From NCBI GenBank assembly GCA_964016885.1, contig OZ024743.1, positions 125,054,001 through 125,118,000 of the forward strand: a stretch of DNA of 64,000 bases, written 5' to 3'. Shown in pieces: positions 13,042-25,204 of this stretch. Made by a program: the position numbers and the translations under genes. Position 1 is the stretch's first letter. The number at the start of each line of letters is the position of its first letter. Below the pieces are notes generated by a model. It was not told where the DNA came from. It saw only the letters and a list, made by a program, of their open reading frames with translations, and made no database searches. Origin of the DNA: Eledone cirrhosa (lineage: Eukaryota).

Positions 13042-13814
13042 GTTGATTTATAATCTCAGGTTAATTTTGATCAAGTTCATCTATTATCAACTTCTTCCAC
13101 TCATGATCATCTCGTATTTTCAGACGAAATATTCAAGAATATATTATCCAATGTCTCCTTCCTTTTTATAAGGCAACAAGGTGTGGTCTGGGGGCCATTT
13201 CGTTGTTATTTTAAGTAGGTTGAGTGACAAGATAGTTGCTCTCTTGTTGGCTATAATGTATGTAAAGTGAAATAGTTTCACAGACTCGGGTAACCTTGAC
13301 CTTATATCTACTCTACGTTGTTCAAATTGAATATATGAAGAAATAAGCATAATAATAATAATAATAATAATTGTTTCTACTTTTGGCACAAGGCCAGCAA
13401 TTATCCCAGTGTATTACTTGTACTTTATTTTATCGACCCCGTAAGGATGAACGGAAAAGTTAACCTCGGCGGGATTTGAACTCAGAATGGCAAGGGCCGT
13501 AACACTATGCGTCAAAGCATGGCGTCCGACCGACCCTCTACCGATACTGCCAATCCACCGCCCTATAATAATAATGGCTTCTATTTTTAGACACAAGACC
13601 ATCAATTTAGTGGGAAGGGAAAGTTGATTAAATAGACCCTAGTGCGTTACTGGTACTCTATTTTATCAACCCCGAAGGATGAAAATGCAAAGCTACTTCA
13701 GCGGCATTTGAACTCAACACGTAAAGGGACGTAACTCTATGCCATGAAGCAGGAAGCCCGATAAAGATGGTACAAGACGGTACAGTGTGGGTATTTTGTG
13801 TAAAATAAACATTT

Positions 13815-14330
13815 AAAAAATTAAACAACAAATTCCCCAAAGGTAGGGATACCTACGATGGTCCGCCACTCAGTGGGTGTTGGTCGCAAATGGACCGCCT
13901 GACCATTGGCACGCGTTTCTTCCACAAAAAGTATGATCAGTATGGTCAGACGTTGACCAGGACAAAGAACGACGGTCAGCCGGTAGCAGATGACAGACAC
14001 GATGTACGCGTTCGCCACCTTTGTCCGACATTTCAGAGATAGCTTCTTCTCGGCCCATTTTTGAGTGAGAGTGGCCACCTTGGTTATTACTTCATCCAAA
14101 ATTTCGTCCATTTGGAAGTCTGGACCAAACCAGACTCCGAGCAAATTAACCGGTCCATTAAGCGCCAAGCGATTTTGTTTGACGACATAGACATTCCTCT
14201 CCAGGTGCCGAGCCGCAGACCCACTGATTTTCCTGGTTAATTTTTGCTCCTATTATCGCTCCATATTACTCGAAGGCGGTGCCGATCAACTCAGTATGTT
14301 TGCTGCTCGACACCACTACGGTGACGCTCT
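13815..14330 (-). mobile_element. Tx1/L1-like LINE RT fragment
   Basis: GPVNLLGVWFGPDFQM...KLSLKCRTKVAN is homologous to the ORF at 39647. Confidence 0.8.
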
Positions 14331-14339
14331 AATGATATT

Positions 14340-17232
14340 AAGCAAGAAAAGCAAAACTCACACAATCATGGAAATCTAAGGATTAGGATAGAATAGGATA
14401 GAAAATAAAATAAAAGACCTCTCAATCTTAAATGAAATAGAAAAGAAAACAACAAAACTGGGAATAGGAAAGAAAATAAAAATACTAAAAAAATATAATG
14501 AAACAGAAAAGGAAATCCTGGAGACTAAAGAATGCCTTAAACTGTCATTCTTCATTGCTTTTCTCTACTAATGAATTATATTTGGAAAAATAAAATAATT
14601 AATTTACGACTAAAAAAAAAAAAAAAAAAATACTTGCAAAGACACAAATAATCCGAAGATATGAAAAGCGCCAAAAGTTTTTTGGTTTTTTTTTAACAAA
14701 ACCAGCTATTTCATGCCAGACTTAAACGGCTATACCACGAACTTAATAGGAGCAAAATAAAAGTAAAAATAGTCCCAAAAGTAAAATAAGTTGAAAAGTC
14801 TTGGAGAAGATTATAGGCAGAAGGAGAAGAGAAATTCCCATGCAAAAAACTAGCAAGAACAATGAACACAGCAGCTGAGCAACAATGGAAGGATATTACA
14901 ACAGATGATGAAATATTCAACAGGGACACAAGGTGTACTGGCAAAAGATTTGAATGAGATGCTGACAGAACCATAAAACACCTGAGTGGCTCACTAAGGG
15001 GGAAATCCCCCTGATCCCAAGAATAATGACACAGAAAACCCCTAAAACTACAGGCCCATAACATACCTATCTACTATATACAAAGCTTTAACTGCAATAC
15101 GAAGGCGGAGATGAAAAGTTCCTAACCTTAAGAGAATCGCGAAAGAGTAGAGCTGTTAACTTTACAGGGGAGGTAAGGACCGCCGCAATAAGTATGTGAA
15201 TCTGAGAGGGGAATATGTTAAGTAAAATCATAATTAACTGATCCTCCTGTATTTTATTTGACTCAAAGCCAGGAACTTTTTAGCACCCCGTCGCAGAAAT
15301 TGACCAAACACCTGAACAAAAACCTGCTTCCAGAAGGGATGCTGCAAAAGCTCATATGGCCGTAGAGACTAGTTGCTAATCACTAAAACCGAAAACAAAA
15401 ACCCACAGCATGACATAAATCGACTACCAAAAGGCGTTTGACTATGTTCCCATGGATACTAAACACACTAGCATGAATAAAAGGGCAAACAGTCCTACAG
15501 ATATAAACGGAGGGTGGAACTATAAAAAACTGAGCCCATCCCAATCAACAGAGGGATATTTCAAGGAGACTTCCTATCACGACTGCTTTTCTGCCTAGCA
15601 CTAACATCTTTACCTGAGACACTAAACACAACTGGACTAGGATATAAATACTACAATAAAATTAATCATCTCCTCCATATGGATGATCTAAAGCTGTATG
15701 CTGCAAACGAAAGACAACCCAAAACACTGCTACAGACAGTACATAGATTCACTAAAGAAATAGGCATGAAATTTGGCCCAGCAATATGCGCCAAGGCAAC
15801 TCTGGAGAGAAAAGAACTGGTGAAAAACACTAATATCATGCTAGATAAAGAAACTGAGATAAGAGAATTAGATGAAACACAGACATACAAATACTTAGGA
15901 TTCAACGAATTAGATAGGGTTCAACACACAGTGATGAAAGAAAAGATTAGAATGGAATACTACAAATTAGACTACTACTTAAACTGAGCTAACTGTAATG
16001 ATCATCAATAATCTAGCGATCCCAGGAGTATGCTACAGTTTTAATATTTTGAACTGGACACTAAAAGAACTAGCTGGAATATACAGAAAAACAGAAAAAT
16101 AATGAGTGAATTTAGAATTCACGATCCATCCAAAATCAGATGTAGACAGATTATACCTATCATTAACACAAGGAAAAAGGGGCCTTGTGCAACTAGAAAA
16201 CTGTTATAAAATAACTTCTGTAGGACTACAAAGATCTAATAAAGAACAAAGGAAAGTTAAGTTAACAGAAATAGCCACGAAACACGAACAAAATGAAATG
16301 TTCTCTGCGTTCAATGAAACCAATAAATTCAAAACAGAAGCTGGATTAACAAATAGCTGTGAGGAAGATGAAAACAAACAAGAAACAACAGCAGAAATTC
16401 TGAAAAGCATAAAATCTAAATTGAAAACAGAGCTCCAGAATGCCATGTTAAAATGATAGGAAGAAACCCTTACATAGCCAATACACCAAACAAGCTGAGT
16501 GGAAGTAAACAAGCAAAACTCACAAAACTGGCTACGATGCACTAGAATTAAAGCTGAAACGGAAGAATTTTTAATTGCAGCACAAGATCAAAGCCACCTC
16601 ACCAGAAGTATATAATGAAGCAGAACACAGTAAGTAACAGCAGAATATGTGAAGGTGGGAACAAACAATTAATCCCATTATCTCTGATTGTCTAGTCTTA
16701 GCCAAAAAGGAATATATCCACAGACATAATAGAGTTTGGATTGACATACACTTGAAGTTATGCCAACATTATGAAATACCAACAGAAAAAGATGGTGCAG
16801 ATACACACAAGAAAATGTGTCAGAGAATGACAAAGCAACCATTCTCTGGGATATGCCAATACATACACACAGGGAGATTAAAGACAACAGACCGGATATT
16901 ATAGTAAAAGACCACAAAGAAGACATGTCTTCTTATTGATGTATCAATTCCTACAGATGACAATATATCTACCAAGGAAATGAAGAAACTATCCAAATAT
17001 AAAGGTCTGGAGATAGAAATAACCTGAATGTGGATAACGAAAAGAGAAATAATATCTATAATAATAGGTGCATACAAAGATAGCGCTGCTAGGCACTACG
17101 CACATATTGCGAAGAGTACTCTCAATACAGTAGAAACAATACCACCAAAAACTACACTGCATATACCCAAGGTGCACAGACCTACTCTCGGTAATACAGT
17201 GACGATGCGCAACAAAATTAAGGCTAATAATA
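14340..17232 (+). mobile_element. Degenerate R4/Dong-clade non-LTR retrotransposon (RT plus restriction-like endonuclease)
   Basis: Motifs IDYQKAFDYVP, GIFQGDFLS, HLLHMDDLKLYA, YKYLG, HPKSDVDRLYL, LIAAQDQ, RHN, RPDIIV..LIDVSIP, KLSKY; ends in (TAA)n; many stops and frameshifts. Confidence 0.85.
15098..15295. mobile_element. Mariner-type MITE nested in the R4/Dong element
   Basis: TIRs tacgaaggcggagatgaaaagttcct / aggaactttttagcaccccgtcg interrupt the RT frame. Confidence 0.6.
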
Positions 17233-17351
17233 ATAATTATTTCTACTTTTGGCACAAGGCCAGCAATTACCCAGTGCATTACTGGTACTTTATTTTATCT
17301 ACCCCGTAAGGATGAAAGGCAAAGTCAACCTCGGCTGGATAATAATAATAA

Positions 17352-17736
17352 TCGCGAATACAAGCGGCCAAAATGGGAATCCTCCGAAGTGTCTTTGGAG
17401 TAACGTTACTCGATGGAGTGCGTAGCTCCGAGATCAGAGACTCACTCCAGCTAGACCCGCTACTTCTTCGAATTGAGAGATCACAGCTCTGGTACTGTGA
17501 GCATGTGGTTAGAATGTGTCAGAAAAGAATCGCTGGGCAGATTTTACGGGCAAAACCAATTGACAGGAGACCCAGGGGTAGATCACGAGCAAGATAGTTG
17601 GATAACATCCATGAGCTTGGCTGGTCTCGCTTGTGGATCCAGCCGGATCAACTGGAGATGGTTGCTTCTGAGAGGCCCCGCTAGAAAAAATATTTGAGGA
17701 CTATGCCCCCACGACCCTCTCAGGAATAAGTGGATG

Positions 17737-17766
<30 letters not shown>
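17352..17766 (+). mobile_element. RTE LINE 3' fragment with (GAA)n tail
   Basis: MGILRSVFGVTLLDGVRSSEIR...IERSQLWYCEHVVRM...RRPRGRSR; microsatellite tail. Confidence 0.8.
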
Positions 17767-17767
<1 letters not shown>

Positions 17768-17982
17768 CAAAACTTTTTTTAAAGTAAAATAAATTTAAGT
17801 TCATTATTTTATTTTCAGAAAAATACATATGTGTCTTGTGACTAGGTATAATCACAAAAGAATGATTTAAATTAGCAATAGAGTAAAAAAAAGTATATAA
17901 AAAAAGGAACATAACAATTTGATGCAGCATACAACTTATAATAAGAAACATAGTGATTGCACACACACACACACACACACAC

Positions 17983-18027
<45 letters not shown>

Positions 18028-18028
<1 letters not shown>

Positions 18029-18218
18029 CGAAGGAAGTGTGGTAAGGAACCAGGTGGACCATAACGCACCAAAGTACTCAATACTTAGGGTAGTAGAGTG
18101 GGTAATAGGAATCAGTAAGACCCCGACGGCTGAGCTCAAGCCGTTTCGACGGCTAATTCTGGACTCCAGAATTAGCCGTCGAAACGGCTTGAGCTCAGCC
18201 GTCGGGGTCTTACTGATT

Positions 18219-18223
<5 letters not shown>
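18028..18223. repeat. (TA)n-embedded element with a perfect 59-bp-arm palindrome carrying the 3' half of a hammerhead
   Basis: 18105-18163 and 18165-18223 are exact inverted arms around C18164; each carries GAAACGGCT-TGAGCTC-AGCCGTC (stem III plus GUC). Confidence 0.8.
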
Positions 18224-18293
<70 letters not shown>

Positions 18294-18297
<4 letters not shown>

Positions 18298-18824
18298 ATA
18301 ATAATAAATGCGAAGACTAAAATCCAAAGAGGGATCGAAAATATATAAGAACCCTAGAGCAAATATTTATCAAAATAACAGATTAAAGTTTAATCAAAGA
18401 ATCGCTGCTTTGATCCTTAACGGGATCTTCTGAAACTAAAAAGAAATCAATCTGTGAACGCAGAAGTAAATATTTCGAAAAACGTTGCAACCAAAGGAAA
18501 ACAGGAAGACGATACTTTGGTTCGTGAAGATGTTCCCTGGCAATACGTCGTTTATGGTATAAAGACTCCATTTATACCATAAACGTGGTTTTGTCTTTGC
18601 GTGAAATTGTTCTCACGCTCCACATAACGACGTATTGTCTTCGCTTTTTCCGTTCATTGCCAGGGAACATCTTCACGAACCAAAGTATCGTCTTCCTGTT
18701 TTCCTTTGGTTGCAACGTTTTTCGAAATATTTACTTCTGCGTTCACAGATTGATTGTTTTTTAGTTTCAGAAGATCCCGTTAAGGGTGAAAGCAGCGATT
18801 CTTTGCTTAAACTTTAATCTGTTA

Positions 18825-18830
<6 letters not shown>
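18294..18830. mobile_element. Head-to-head inverted pair of a short non-autonomous element in (TA)n
   Basis: ~18373-18545 is the reverse complement of ~18656-18828; further family copies at 21081-21141 (-) and 22740-22848 (+). Confidence 0.8.
18745..18822 (+). ncRNA. Type-I hammerhead-like motif with variant core CAGAAGA
   Basis: Stem I AGTTT/AAACT (distal ACAGATTGA/TTAATCTGT), core CAGAAGA 18768-18774, stem II T-CCC gttaa GGG-T, GAAA 18788, stem III AGCAG/TTGCT, site CUU. Confidence 0.55.
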
Positions 18831-18873
<43 letters not shown>

Positions 18874-19214
18874 TAAATTTATATATATATAATTTATATA
18901 TATATGTATGTGTATGTATGAATGAATTTATAAGTATTTGTGATCACACAAGGAAATAAGCAATGAATTCGTGGTATAAAAGTTTCTCAAATATTTTCGA
19001 AATCATAGATTTTACACAGAAACACATTTATACACATATTCAGAATTACAGGAATGTCCCCACAGACAAGCTTAATTACATATATGCATACATGCTGTCT
19101 TTTATATTTTACACTATGTCTTGGATCAAGAAGACTATATTTCCTACCAAACAAAGTCACTTTTCTGTCTCTCCAATCACGTTTCCTATCATTTTTTTTT
19201 TTAAATTTACTTTA

Positions 19215-19364
19215 TTACAAATCTTTACTTGACGCGGCCTGCTCTTCTGTCAGCATGTATTTCCTGTCTATGTTATTCAGACCACAGTCTAAAACTTTCA
19301 CGTGTCTTTGAGGAACTCCTGTGTTTTTATCAGATGGAACATCTCCAATTTTTTCTACAAAATC
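19215..19364 (-). CDS. Cyclophilin B/C-like PPIase, last coding exon
   Basis: ttcttacag|DFVEKIGDVPSDKNTGVPQRHVKVLDCGLNNIDRKYMLTEEQAASSKDL*; phase 0; completes a 217-aa ORF. Confidence 0.92.
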   Translation of the reverse strand, partial: DFVEKIGDVPSDKNTGVPQRHVKVLDCGLNNIDRKYMLTEEQAASSKDL

Positions 19365-21874
19365 CTGTAAGAAAATCAAAACAATTATGAGATTTCTTTC
19401 TTCTTTTTTGCTTTTTTTTTTGTTTTTACCTTAGTTGATTAGGAAAGAGGTAATGTGAGAGTGAGTATTGTGGTCATTTACTAGCACGATGATATTGGTG
19501 ATACTGATGATGATGATAGGCTGTATAATGGTTTCTGATTAAGGCACAAGGCCAACAGTGCATTACTGGTACTTTATTTTATCGACCCCGTAAGGAAGAA
19601 AAGCAAAGCTAACCACGGCAGGATATAAACTCAGAGTGCAAAGGACTTTAACTCCGTGCTGCTAAGCATGTTGTCCGATGCTCTACCGATATTGCTAATC
19701 CACCGCCCTAAGCTGTATAATAAAATATATTAGCACATGCTCTTCTACCAATCCTCCATTTCCATACGTTGCATTGTAATAATTTAAGGTATTTGATAGC
19801 ATTCAGGTCTTGTCAACATTTTTTTTTTTTTTCATAAATAAAAAAGGAAAGGAACATATAATCAGATCAGATCAAGATAACTATTAGTTTTTCAATTGCT
19901 GATACTATCTGCCGGTCGCAACTCCTTGCAGAAGGGTGTGAAATTTGATTTCAGAATGCACAGAGCCGAATCAGATACCAAATTGTTAACAATTCTGCCT
20001 GTCCACTATTCCCTAGACTGTTACTTTTTATCGACTCCGAAAGGATGAAAGACAAAGTTGACCTCGACGTGATTTGAACTGAAAATGCAGTGAATCAGAA
20101 CAAATATCTAGGCATTTAAATATAACGCCCTAACGATTCTGCCAGTTTGCTGCTTTATTGACAAATGTGTCGCTGCCAAAAATTCCCAGCTCATTTTTTT
20201 TTTACTTGAATATTTGATTTTCCAGGCGAGTAACTACTGTAATGTAATGAACCTACCTAGTGTAATACAGAAAATGTCTCCTTGATAAATGTAGCACTAA
20301 GTGGTTAACCTACTAATTAAAAACCATTAATCTGGACACCTAAATATGGAATGTTACGCGATGCCAGCGTATCTACCCTTCTCTAATGGCTATATAAACC
20401 AAGACAACGTGGTAGAATCAACGAACTGGGAACTCTCGTTGGCATATATATTGTATGTATGAACCCGTTACTCCCCAGGGAGTCATAGAAGCACCGTAAG
20501 AGCATACAGCGTTTCTATGGCATTATTTTAAACCTGGTAGAACCCATCTCCTCTCTAGGTCTGAATACAGCAGAGTCTTCCATAGAAGGATAGCGAGTGA
20601 GAGAAAAGAAGAGGGAAAGAGATATAGAGAAAAAAAATGACTCCACTACTAGACTGGTACTTTTTTATCGACCTTAAATGGATGAAAGGCAAAGCTAACC
20701 TCGGAGGGATTCGAACCGAGACGAATGCCGCAAAGTTCTAACGCCTCTGCCAATTCGTCGTCTACGATAACTGGAAAAAGCTAGAAACTAGTTCATCGTT
20801 CCTTAGTCAGTGTTGAACAAAAGGGCAACGATTATTGCCGAACACTGTACGGCTACTAATTCGGGGTGTTTGTTTACAAACAAACCGAGCATTATAATAA
20901 ATGTTCGGTAAACCCATACGTACATATATATATGTGTGTGCATGTATGTATGTTTATACATGCTAGTGTACGTCTGTATACATATATGTATGTACGTATA
21001 CATACTTATATTTAAGTATCAGCCGTACTAAGAGTGAGAAATGAAATTTCATTTTTTCTATATATATATATATATATATTAAAATAACAGATTAAAGTTT
21101 AAGCAAAGAATCGCTGCTTTCACCCTTAACGGGATCTTCTGTATATATATATATAAACATAATGTTAATACTTGCTAACTCGATCGGATATTACATTATG
21201 CACTAAGTAGCTGAAATATAGGATAAATACATACATATACAGAACAAGATCTAACTAAAGCTGTGTAAGTATGTAGGATAAAGGATAAAGAACCCATAAC
21301 TCCTTGTGGAGTCGTAGAGACACCGTCACACGGCGTGGTGTCTAGGGCACTTTTAAACCCGGCGGAGCCCAACCCTCTCCAGGTCTTAACACAGCCGATT
21401 TTTTTTTTCTCTAGAGGAAGAATTGACCCCAGTACTGGACTGGTACTATTGTTATCGACCTCGAGAGGATGAAAAGCAAAGTTGACCACGGCGGGATTGT
21501 GAACTCGGAGCGCGCAAAGAGGTGGGTCCAATGTCGCAAAGCATTCTATTCGACGTCTTAACGACTCTGCCAATTCGCCGCCTTGTGTAAGCATGTACTG
21601 ATATGTAAATGGAGAAATACGTAAACAAGAAAAAGACTGTTTACATGTCACCTTTACGTTGTTTGTGTTAAACTTTGTACTGCTCCTGAATGTAATTATT
21701 GTAAATCTCAGCTACTTAGAGTACAGTTTTGTACAAAATTGTATTTATCGAACATTCAAATCTTTTTTTCTAGTATCTACTTTACAAACTCATAAAACAT
21801 GTTCGTGTATACGTAGTTGTTTTCATACAATCACATTTTACAGGGAAACAAAATATTAAGAATTTGCTACTTAC

Positions 21875-22059
21875 CATTCCTTTGATGACCTTCCCAAAAA
21901 CAATATGCTTTCCATCCAACCATCTGGCCTTGTTCAGAAGAATAAAGAATTGAGAACCGTTCGAGTTCCTACCGTGATTAGCCATAGAAACATAACCTGC
22001 TGCTTTGTGGCTGAGAACGAAGTCTTCGTCATCAAATTTCGTACCATAAATGCTACGAC
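21875..22059 (-). CDS. Cyclophilin B/C-like PPIase, coding exon 3
   Basis: tgtgtag|(G)[61 protein letters not shown]|gtaag; 185 nt, phase 1->0. Confidence 0.95.
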
Positions 22060-22409
22060 CTACACAGAAAAAAAATTATTTGAAGTTCTAATAGATTTCA
22101 TGAAGTATTTTGTAATCCACTAAAAACAAACTCTCGAATCACCTTAACTCATCACTTTTCATCGAACTGTTTCCTACAGCTAAGTGAAAACACAGAGAGG
22201 TGGGAAATGGAGTAAGTAAGCCAGTTGTCATGGGCCTACAATTTTGAGGGAACTTATAGCCCCAGTTAGAAGCAAAGATAGGTCCTGTACTAAAGAATTA
22301 GCCTTTTGTTTATAAATCGTTTTAGTAATGTTATTCTGTTATTTTATTTGTATATACACCATGTGCACTACACGTACATGTACGCGTAAGCCATTCATAA
22401 GTCATAGAT

Positions 22410-22679
22410 ATACAGTACTGATTACTAAAATACTTAAGCAGCCTGCCTGCCTGTCTATCTGACTCCCTAAAACTCGAGAACCACCCAACCGATTGTTTTC
22501 AAAAGAGCAAAAAATATTTAAAATTATCAATGTCCTAGAGACCGCATTAGGCGATTTAGCGATCTCTCTCTATAATTCTTAGTCTTTCTTTTTTAGATAG
22601 ATACATAGATATAACGTTGCGCCCTTATAATATCTGTCTGTATGTCTGGCTGTCTGCATTACGACATTATGACGCTATA

Positions 22680-22730
<51 letters not shown>

Positions 22731-22845
22731 TGTGTGTGTAACGTTTTTCGAAATATTTACTTCTGCGTTCACAGATTGATTTTTTTAATTTCAAAACATC
22801 CCGTTAAGGGTGAAAGCAGCGATTCTTTGCTTAAACTTTAATCTG

Positions 22846-22897
<52 letters not shown>

Positions 22898-23358
22898 CGG
22901 CGATGAATTAGTTTTGCGAGGTTTTTTTATATGAAATCGTGTGTCGAAACAGATATTGTTATATTTGGGGAGGGTCATATTTGCGTAATATTGCCAGAAT
23001 TAATAACAGAACACACTCACTGTTTGGTTGGTTTTCGCTTCTCGCTGTCTTTTATATCTGCGGTCTAACTTACTCGGTCCTCAATGTTGCCATTGACTGA
23101 CCGACGGTCAAAAATAATACAGATACAATATAGACACAAACACATATATATAGTTTACATAAATCTTTCGTTGCACATCTGCAACATCGTCAGTGGTGTT
23201 ATATTCATTGTTCCTCCTGTTGTGTTGTATGTCTACGCCATTTTTTTTAATTCAGTCTGTCTATATATTTATTTATTTATTTGCTTGTTTGTTTATCAGT
23301 GAGTGTGTTCTGTTATTAATTCTGGCAATATTACGCAAATATGACCCTCCCCAAATAT

Positions 23359-23430
<72 letters not shown>

Positions 23431-23659
23431 GTGTACAGATATTTTTGCATACACAATAACAAAATATAAACAAAAGTACTTATTTCGAGATAAAGTATTG
23501 ATTTTCTTCGCACGGAAAAGACCCTGGTAATCTACGACGAATGTAGACATCATCCCGAGGCCGAGGTATTACGTACTTCTCTGTAGTGTTTCAGAAAGGA
23601 AGGGTAAACATGCCAATCTAGGTTTAGAATCCCGAGCAACGCCGGGCCATTCTGCTAGT
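22410..23659 (+). mobile_element. Non-autonomous Helitron-like element with nested repeats
   Basis: 3' end hairpin CCCGAGCAACGCCGGG followed by CTAG|T (23631-23659); 5' region with (GCCT)n and ACCCAACCGATT. The 5' boundary is approximate. Confidence 0.5.
22956..23366. repeat. Inverted repeat with ~66-bp arms and ~275-bp spacer (MITE-like)
   Basis: atattgttatatttggggagggtc...cacactcactg and its reverse complement at 23297-23366. Confidence 0.7.
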
Positions 23660-23757
23660 ATGATATATATAATATACATATATAAATATATATATTTAGA
23701 TTTAATAAAATGAATATATATATATATACATGTGATACATATATATACATACATATA

Positions 23758-23803
<46 letters not shown>

Positions 23804-23804
23804 C

Positions 23805-24137
23805 ACCAACACCACCCTCTCTCTATAAAGTTGGTACCACAACATCCAGTCCAAATAAATGAGATAATGAGATCGAGATCGTCTAAGTGTCACGACAAAA
23901 AAACACACAATCCACGCTGTAATGTGGCCGTGTAGGTAACACGGTAAAAAGTTCCCAGTTCCACACTGTAAATGTGGTTGGTGTTAGGAAGGGCATCCAG
24001 TCGTAGAAAACCTGCCAGACAGTCCTATATGACCGAGACCAACCTTGCCTCAAGTGGGACAACTCCCGTCTAACCCATGCTAACGTGGAAGATGGACGTT
24101 AAACGAAGATGATGATGATGATGATGATGATGATGAT
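23805..24137 (+). mobile_element. RTE 3'UTR fragment, same family as 55765-56140
   Basis: GTGGTTGGTGTTAGGAAGGGCATCCAG...CCGTCTAACCCATGCTA...(GAT)n tail, near-identical to the 3'UTR of the RTE at 55765. Confidence 0.8.
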
Positions 24138-24260
24138 ATATATGGAGAGTGTTTACTTTCATTACATGTGTTTCACCTTTGACAATTACATGATCCGTAT
24201 GTAACTATAGCGTACGTCTCGGTTCGTCGTGTGAGTATAAACAATCAATCATTATTTGCA

Positions 24261-24367
24261 TTCATCTGATGAGTCCGTAATTCTGGAGTCGAACCCCCAT
24301 TGTTGTATACAAATTTTGTAATCGCAAATGGTTTTGAACCGACTTACGAGTGAACACGCGTAATGAA
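24261..24367 (+). ncRNA. Degenerate type-I hammerhead motif
   Basis: TTCAT-CTGATGA(24266)-long stem II-GAACACGCGTA-ATGAA; the inverted partial copy at ~24157-24176 preserves GAAACACATGTAATGAAA. Confidence 0.45.
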
Positions 24368-24518
24368 AATACACATATGTTTAATTGATAACGCACTCTC
24401 CATTTTTATACTTATAATCTGTGGTCACATTTGACACAAGGTAATTGTTATTCTTCGTCCTTTGTGTTGACATATTACATCGAGTGCTAAATATGGTTAA
24501 TTGCAATCAAACCAACAG

Positions 24519-24589
<71 letters not shown>

Positions 24590-24655
24590 TATACACACAC
24601 ACACACATATATATATATATACATATATATAGGTATACACACACACACACACATA

Positions 24656-24683
<28 letters not shown>

Positions 24684-24686
<3 letters not shown>

Positions 24687-25200
24687 GACAAGTAAGTATG
24701 TTTTGAAACAGTGAGCAGGTTTGAAATTAGAAAATAGAATAACTTTCACCATATTTTTGACTAAAGAAATTTTAGTCTGATAATGGGGTTTAGAACCCTC
24801 AGATAAATGGAAAAAGATGAGTATTGACGTACATGGGAGTCGAACCCACATCTTTAGTTATCCAGACCACTGTGCTACCATTACACCAACACATCACTCA
24901 TCTCCTTCCATTCAAATTAGAAGCTACATTCTTAGCGATGGGTGATGTGTTGGTGTAATGGTAGCACAGTGGTCTGGATAACCAAAGATGTGGGTTCGAC
25001 TCCCATGTACGTCAATACTCATCTTTTTCCATTTATCTGAGGGTTCTAAACCCCATTATCAGACTAAAATTTCTTTAGTCAAAAATACGGTGAAAGCTAT
25101 TCTATTTTCTAATTTCAAACCTGCTCACTGTTTCAAAACATACTTACTTGTCATTTATACTCGCTAAGAATGTAGCTTCTAATTTGAATGGAAGGAGATA
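24684..25200. mobile_element. Head-to-head, circularly permuted pair of a ~260-nt element containing a tRNA-like module, inserted in (TA)n
   Basis: ~24684-24896 is the reverse complement of ~24943-25154, and 24899-24939 is the reverse complement of 25161-25200; A-box TGGTGTAATGGT and B-box GGTTCGACTCC. Confidence 0.75.
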
Positions 25201-25204
25201 TATA

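Noticed and set aside
17919-18320. ORFs with YIYIYI, CVCVCV or LSLSLS runs (here and in many others)
   Set aside because: Translations of microsatellites, not proteins.
24943-25014. Genuine tRNA gene
   Set aside because: Anticodon and acceptor stems pair poorly and it sits in a duplicated mobile unit; treated as tRNA-like.
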